From Acidimicrobiia bacterium (lineage in GTDB: Bacteria > Actinomycetota > Acidimicrobiia > Acidimicrobiales > VFJN01), in NCBI GenBank assembly GCA_046537875.1, contig JBKHJZ010000004.1, positions 1-49,416 of the forward strand: a stretch of 49,416 nt of DNA. The letters are read 5' to 3'. The notes beneath the pieces are model-generated. The model was given only the letters and a program-made list of their open reading frames with translations. It had not been told where the DNA came from and did not search any database. Below are positions 44,676 through 49,416 of the stretch, one piece after another. Positions within the stretch are counted from its first letter, which is position 1; each line of letters begins with the position of its first letter. The position numbers were made by a program, and so were the translations under genes.

Positions 44676-47600
44676 ATGGCGCGCCGTACCGGCGCCAGCA
44701 CCGCGGGGAGCCGGGCATCGGTCGTACGCTGGTCCGCAGTGCCCGATCCCCCGGCACTCCTGGCGGGCCGGTTCGTCGGCCGGGCCGGCGAGCTGCGGCT
44801 GGCCGACGCGGCCTGCGCCGCGGCGGCGCACGGTCGCGGATGTGCGCTCGTCGTCTCGGGAGAGGCAGGGATCGGGAAGACGCGTTACTGCGACGAGGTG
44901 GCGCGGCGTGCGCGCGGCCAGGGGTTCACGGTGGTGAGCGCCCGGTGCTGGGTCGACGGTGGTGCCCCGCCGCTCTGGCCCTGGCAACGGATCGTGACCG
45001 AGCTGTGCGGCCGGGAGGCCGCCGGGCTGCTGACCGCGGACAGCGATGTCCGAACCGTCGACCCCGAGCGCTTCGCCCGGTTCGCCGCCGTGATGGAGCT
45101 CCTGGCGGCCGCATGCGAGCGGGCGCCGGTGTGCCTGGTCATCGACGATGCTCACGGGGCCGACCCCGGGACGTTGCTGCTCGCCCGGTTCGTGGCCCGT
45201 TCGCTCGACCGTGTGCCGCTGGTGCTGATCGTGAGCCGGTGCAGCGGCGAGCCGGCGCGGTCCCCCCGGGTTCACGGGTTGCTCGACGACATCGAGCGCG
45301 ACGCCACGGTCGTGACGCTTCGGCCGCTCGATCCGGACGAGACGGCCGAGCTCATCGACGCTCACGGCCGCGGGGGGATCGACCCCGCTCTCGTGCCCGT
45401 GCTGCACCACGTCTCAAGGGGTAACCCCTTGTTCCTCCGCCGCCTCAGCTCGCCGGGGGCGCGCGACGGGGCGGAGGGCCCGCCGGCCGGTCTCCGGCAG
45501 GCGATCGCGTCGACCGCATCCAGCATCGGCGCCGAAACCGCGGCGATCCTGGAGGCCGCCGCCGTGCTCGGCCCGTCACCGTCCCTCCGCGAGACGGCGG
45601 CGGTGACGGCGATGTCCGCGGCCGAGGTGCTGGACGCGGTGCAGCGGGTGTCCGCCACGGGTCTCGTCGCTCCCGAGGGCCCGGACCGGTTCGCGTTCGC
45701 GCACGACCTCGTGCGTGCCGCCTTCGAGGAGCGGCTCCCGGTGGTCCGCTGGTTGGACGCCCACGCCAGCGCGGCGGCGGCCATCGCCCAGGACGCACCG
45801 GACCAGCTGGCCCGGCGGGCCCGCCACGCCCTGGCCGCGTCGCCCCGGTCGCCCGCCGACGGCCGTCGGGCGGTCGAGGCGTGCCGGGTCGCCGCCGACT
45901 CGATGATCCGGGGCTTCGCCTACGAGCAGGCGGACGAGCTCCTGAGCGCCGCGACGGCACTCCACGACGGCGGCGAGCTCGGACGGGCGCCGGCACCTCT
46001 TCTCGTCGAGTGGGCACGCGCGGCGCTGCTGTGCGGGCGGCTCGCCGAGGCCCGCTCCCGCTTCGAGCGGGCGGCCAGGGTGGCCCAGATGGAGGGCGAC
46101 CGCCGGGTGGTCGCCGAGGCGGCGATCGGGCTCGGTGGGGTGTGGGTGAACGAGCACCGGTCCCGCGTCGAGCGGGGCTGGGTGCTGGCGCTGCAGCGCG
46201 CCGCGCTGGCGGACCTCCCCGAGCACGAGGTGGCGCTCCGGTGCCGGTTGCGCGCGCGGCTGGCCGCCGAGGACGCGTACGACGGGGCTCCGCTGGAACC
46301 GGTCGAGGAGGCCCTCGCCGCGGCGCGCACCACCGGCGATCCGGACGCGCTCACCGAGGCGCTGTCGCTGTGTCACCACGCCATGCTCGGACCCGAGCAC
46401 GTCCATCGCCGCCTGGAGTTGGCCGACGAGCTGGTGGCGGTCGCGTCCGCTGCCGGTCGGGGCACCGCGGCGCTGATGGGACTCTGCTGGCGCACCGTCG
46501 ACCTGTTCCATCTCGGCGACCCGGGGGCGCTCCGGGCGCACGAGGAGTTGCGGCAGCGGGCCGACGCCCTGGCCTGCCGCAGCCTGCTGTACGTCGCCGA
46601 GGTGTTCGACGTCATGCTGCTCATCCGGGCGGGGCGGCTCGACGTGGCGGAGGAGCGTGCGGCCCGCTGCCACGAGCGGGGGGTGGAGGTGGGAGACGTC
46701 GACGCGTCCGCGTACCACCAGGCCCAGCTGTTGGCCATCCGCTGGCTCCAGGGTCGGGAGGCGGAGCTGGCCGACCTCGCCGAGCGCGTGGCGACGTCGC
46801 CGACGCTGGTGCAGAGCGAGTTCGCCTTCAGGGCGACCGCCGCGTGCCTGGCGCTACGGGCGGGCCGGCAAGCACGCGCCCGTGCCGCACTCGACGTCCT
46901 GGTGGCCCGCGGCCTGGCGGCGCTTCCCCGATCGAGCACCTGGCTGGCCGGGATGCACAGCATCGTCGAGGCGGCCGGTGGCCTGGGCGACGACGCCGTC
47001 GCCCGTGAGGCCTACGAGCTGCTCCGCCCGTGTGCCGGGCTGCCGGTCATGCCGTCGATCGGTGTCGTGTGCCTGGGGTCGACGGAGCGCGCGCTCGGTC
47101 TGGCGGCGATGACGTGCGGTGAGATCGACCGGGCGGTGGCGCACTTCGAGCGGGCGATCCCGGCCAACCGTCGCCTGGGCAACAATCCGCTGACCGCGAT
47201 CTCGCAGGCCGACCTTGCCGATGCGCTGTGCCGCCGGGCCGCGCCCGGTGACGTGGAGCGGGCGACCCACCTGCTGGCGGGGGCCGTGGCCGAGGGCGAG
47301 CGGATGCGACTCGAGGCCCGGGTCGCCCGCTGGCGGGCCCATCTCGCGGCGATCCGGACCCGACCGGGCGCCGGGGACAGGGGTGGTGCGCCGTCCGGGA
47401 TCATCCGTCGCGAGGGCGGGGGCTGGCTCGTCGAGCTCGACGACCATCGTGCCCTGGTGGCCGACCGGGTGGGGATGCGCTACCTGGCCACCTTGCTCAC
47501 CCGGCCGGGCGAGGACATCCCGGCGCTGTCGCTCGCGTCCGGCGGTCGGCCGGTGACCGACCCCGCGCCGCAACCGGTGCTCGACGGCCATGCCCGGGCC

Positions 47601-47978
47601 GCGTACGTGACACGAGCACGGGAGCTCGCGGCCGAGGTGGCCGAGGCCGAGGAGGACGCCGACATCGGTCGGGCCGAGAAGTTGCGACTCGAGCTCGATG
47701 CGCTCGTCGACGAGCTGCAGTCGACCGTCGGGCTCGGCGGCCGCTCCCGCGCGTTCGCCGGCCCGGGCGAGCGGGCCCGCACGGCGGTGCGCAAGGCGAT
47801 CACGCGGGCGATCGACCAGATCGGGGCCGCGGCACCCGGGATCGCGGACGCGGTGCGGCCGACCATCTCCACCGGGTGGACGTGCCGCTACACGCCCGAC
47901 ACCCGTGCGCCGGTCGTGTGGTCGTCCGGGGGCGCGCGACGGCCCCCCGCCCGCCCCCGCGCGCACTCTCAGCGGTAG
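44676..47978 (+). CDS. Large P-loop NTPase (AAA_16/STAND-like) transcriptional regulator with helical repeats
   Basis: FVGRAGEL, Walker A GEAGIGKT, Walker B LVIDDAH, GNPLFL, FAHDLVR; C-terminal GMRYLATLL..ERARTAVRKAI..STGWTCRY. Confidence 0.88.
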   Translation: MARRTGASTAGSRASVVRWSAVPDPPALLAGRFVGRAGELRLADAACAAAAHGRGCALVVSGEAGIGKTRYCDEVARRARGQGFTVVSARCWVDGGAPPLWPWQRIVTELCGREAAGLLTADSDVRTVDPERFARFAAVMELLAAACERAPVCLVIDDAHGADPGTLLLARFVARSLDRVPLVLIVSRCSGEPARSPRVHGLLDDIERDATVVTLRPLDPDETAELIDAHGRGGIDPALVPVLHHVSRGNPLFLRRLSSPGARDGAEGPPAGLRQAIASTASSIGAETAAILEAAAVLGPSPSLRETAAVTAMSAAEVLDAVQRVSATGLVAPEGPDRFAFAHDLVRAAFEERLPVVRWLDAHASAAAAIAQDAPDQLARRARHALAASPRSPADGRRAVEACRVAADSMIRGFAYEQADELLSAATALHDGGELGRAPAPLLVEWARAALLCGRLAEARSRFERAARVAQMEGDRRVVAEAAIGLGGVWVNEHRSRVERGWVLALQRAALADLPEHEVALRCRLRARLAAEDAYDGAPLEPVEEALAAARTTGDPDALTEALSLCHHAMLGPEHVHRRLELADELVAVASAAGRGTAALMGLCWRTVDLFHLGDPGALRAHEELRQRADALACRSLLYVAEVFDVMLLIRAGRLDVAEERAARCHERGVEVGDVDASAYHQAQLLAIRWLQGREAELADLAERVATSPTLVQSEFAFRATAACLALRAGRQARARAALDVLVARGLAALPRSSTWLAGMHSIVEAAGGLGDDAVAREAYELLRPCAGLPVMPSIGVVCLGSTERALGLAAMTCGEIDRAVAHFERAIPANRRLGNNPLTAISQADLADALCRRAAPGDVERATHLLAGAVAEGERMRLEARVARWRAHLAAIRTRPGAGDRGGAPSGIIRREGGGWLVELDDHRALVADRVGMRYLATLLTRPGEDIPALSLASGGRPVTDPAPQPVLDGHARAAYVTRARELAAEVAEAEEDADIGRAEKLRLELDALVDELQSTVGLGGRSRAFAGPGERARTAVRKAITRAIDQIGAAAPGIADAVRPTISTGWTCRYTPDTRAPVVWSSGGARRPPARPRAHSQR

Positions 47979-49372
47979 GTCCAGTCCGGCTGCTTGCGCG
48001 CCTGGCGCTCGTCGTAGGTGACCTTCCCGTCGGCCATGTCGACCACCTTGGGGATCGGCACCTCGGTCCGCTGCGAAGGGCACCACCCTTCGAGGTGGGC
48101 GGCGACGTCCTCCGGGTACGAGCGAAGGACGCTCGACACCACGGCCCGCTCCTGCACCGGCAGGTAGCAGCGGTTGCCGTCGGTGACCATCCGCAGCCGC
48201 TCCTGGATCCTGTCGAGGTCGGCGTCCGCGCCCTCGCCGTCGCGGATGCGCTCGAGCGCCTCGGTGATGTGACCGGACCCCAGCTTGCACGGCGGGCACT
48301 GCCCACACGACTCGACGTAGAGGAAGCGGGAGAGCATGGCGGCGACCTCCACCATGCAGGCGGAGTCGTCGTACACGATGAACCCGGCGGCCCCGAGACC
48401 CGACCCGGCGGACTCGAAGTGCTCGTAGGTGAGCGGCGTGTCGATCTGGTCGCCGTGCACCACCGCGTTGGCCACACCGGGGAACACGGCCTTCACCTGG
48501 TGACCCTCCCGCGGGGCGCCGCAGCGTGCGAGAACCTCGCGCAGCGGCGTGCCCATCGGCACCTCGATCACGCCCGGCGCATCGGCGTCGCCGACCACGG
48601 TGCACACCACGGTTCCCGGCGACGACTCGGTGCCGAGGGTGCGGAACTCGTCGGCCCCGTGAGCGAGGATCCACGTGGCCTGGGCCAGGCTCTCCGCGTT
48701 GTTGACGAGCGTGGGGTTGGCCTCGTGGCCCGGGGCGTGCCCGGCCTCCGGCTCCGCGGACTGCCAGCCGAGCTGGGGCGCGGTGGCGTACAGACCGTGG
48801 AGGTACGGGGGGAGCCAGCGGGGGAGCGGCTCGTTCCCCTCGATCACCTCGAGCAGTGCCTTCTCCTCGCCGAACAGGTACTCCTCCGGCCCGGTGACGA
48901 CCTTGACCGTCACGTCGCCCAGCCAGCCCGCCTCCTCGATCTCGGCGAGCGCCGCGCGCACGGCGGCGACCTCGGGCTCGAAGCTGGCCTTGAGGGCGAT
49001 GAGGCCCTCGATGGCCCCGACCGTGTGCGCTGCGATGAGCAGGCCCTCCACCACCTGGTACGGGTTCACCCGCAGCAGCGCCCGGTCCTTGAAGGTGCCG
49101 GGCTCGCCCTCGGCCGCGTTGCAGACCGCGTAGTGGTGACGGCCGCCGCCGCCCCGCACCGAGCGCCACTTGATGCCGGTGGGGAAGCCGGCGCCGCCGC
49201 GCCCGCGGAGGCCGGCCCCGGTCAGCTCGGCGGTGGTTGCCTCGGGGCCGATCTCGAGGGCTCGGCGCAGCCCGATCCCGCCGCCCCGGGCGACGTGGTC
49301 GTCGAGGCTGCTGACGGGTGGGCTGACGAGCAGGCGCGGCACCGCGCCGGTGGGTGTGGGGGTGGTGGACAC
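47969..49372 (-). CDS. NuoF-like (complex I 51-kDa subunit homologue) FMN / 4Fe-4S protein
   Basis: LRGRGGAGFPTG, CNAAEGEPGTFKDR, YLFGEEKALL, PTLVNN, ESCGQCPPC...NRCYL. Confidence 0.88.
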   Translation of the reverse strand: MSTTPTPTGAVPRLLVSPPVSSLDDHVARGGGIGLRRALEIGPEATTAELTGAGLRGRGGAGFPTGIKWRSVRGGGGRHHYAVCNAAEGEPGTFKDRALLRVNPYQVVEGLLIAAHTVGAIEGLIALKASFEPEVAAVRAALAEIEEAGWLGDVTVKVVTGPEEYLFGEEKALLEVIEGNEPLPRWLPPYLHGLYATAPQLGWQSAEPEAGHAPGHEANPTLVNNAESLAQATWILAHGADEFRTLGTESSPGTVVCTVVGDADAPGVIEVPMGTPLREVLARCGAPREGHQVKAVFPGVANAVVHGDQIDTPLTYEHFESAGSGLGAAGFIVYDDSACMVEVAAMLSRFLYVESCGQCPPCKLGSGHITEALERIRDGEGADADLDRIQERLRMVTDGNRCYLPVQERAVVSSVLRSYPEDVAAHLEGWCPSQRTEVPIPKVVDMADGKVTYDERQARKQPDWTYR

Positions 49373-49383
49373 GGTCCTCCGTC

Positions 49384-49416
49384 TCAGGTCGGCGGCTCGA
49401 TGTGCAGGTGGAGTCG
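49384..49416 (-). CDS. Possible 3' end of an upstream gene (…RLHLHIEPPT*), product unknown
   Basis: TGA at 49386-49384, 11 bp before the nuoF-like start; only 10 codons visible. Confidence 0.35.
   Translation of the reverse strand, partial: RLHLHIEPPT

Noticed and set aside
44676-47978. Avs/NLR-like anti-phage STAND protein
   Set aside because: No nuclease, TIR or SIR2 effector is recognisable; architecture and divergent metabolic gene fit an actinobacterial transcription regulator.
47969-49372. Canonical respiratory nuoF
   Set aside because: It is not followed by nuoG-N and has divergent motifs, so no gene symbol was assigned.
1-49416. tRNA, rRNA or IS elements
   Set aside because: Intergenic gaps are short, and none shows cloverleaf/T-loop consensus, rRNA sequence, terminal inverted repeats or transposase motifs.

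Overview
A very GC-rich, densely coding stretch of actinobacterial chromosome. Gene content and protein style suggest Acidimicrobiia, which is an inference. I see about 42 genes and no rRNA, tRNA, CRISPR array, integrase or transposase. Main blocks in order: (1) a divergent amidohydrolase / family III CoA-transferase / crotonase trio; (2) an RND-MMPL transporter, a sulfurtransferase with an IscR/Rrf2-like operator, and a BldD orthologue with an intact c-di-GMP motif; (3) a stand-alone SGNH hydrolase + carbamoyltransferase + SxtJ + SxtK-like cassette; (4) a DEAD-box helicase, a Prim-Pol, an orphan ABC permease and a photolyase; (5) a secreted His/Met/Asp-rich protein ending in a bare PSFTG motif, divergent from tauD-prx6; (6) an eight-gene, translationally coupled Atu-like operon for acyclic terpene / branched acyl-CoA catabolism, extended by a TIGR03084-like protein and a DUF35/thiolase pair; (7) small catabolic genes, a BBE-like FAD oxidase with a divergent large NTPase regulator, and a stand-alone NuoF-like flavoprotein. 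All product calls come from motifs recognised by eye; no database searches were run. Most long ORFs in the supplied track are high-GC shadow frames.
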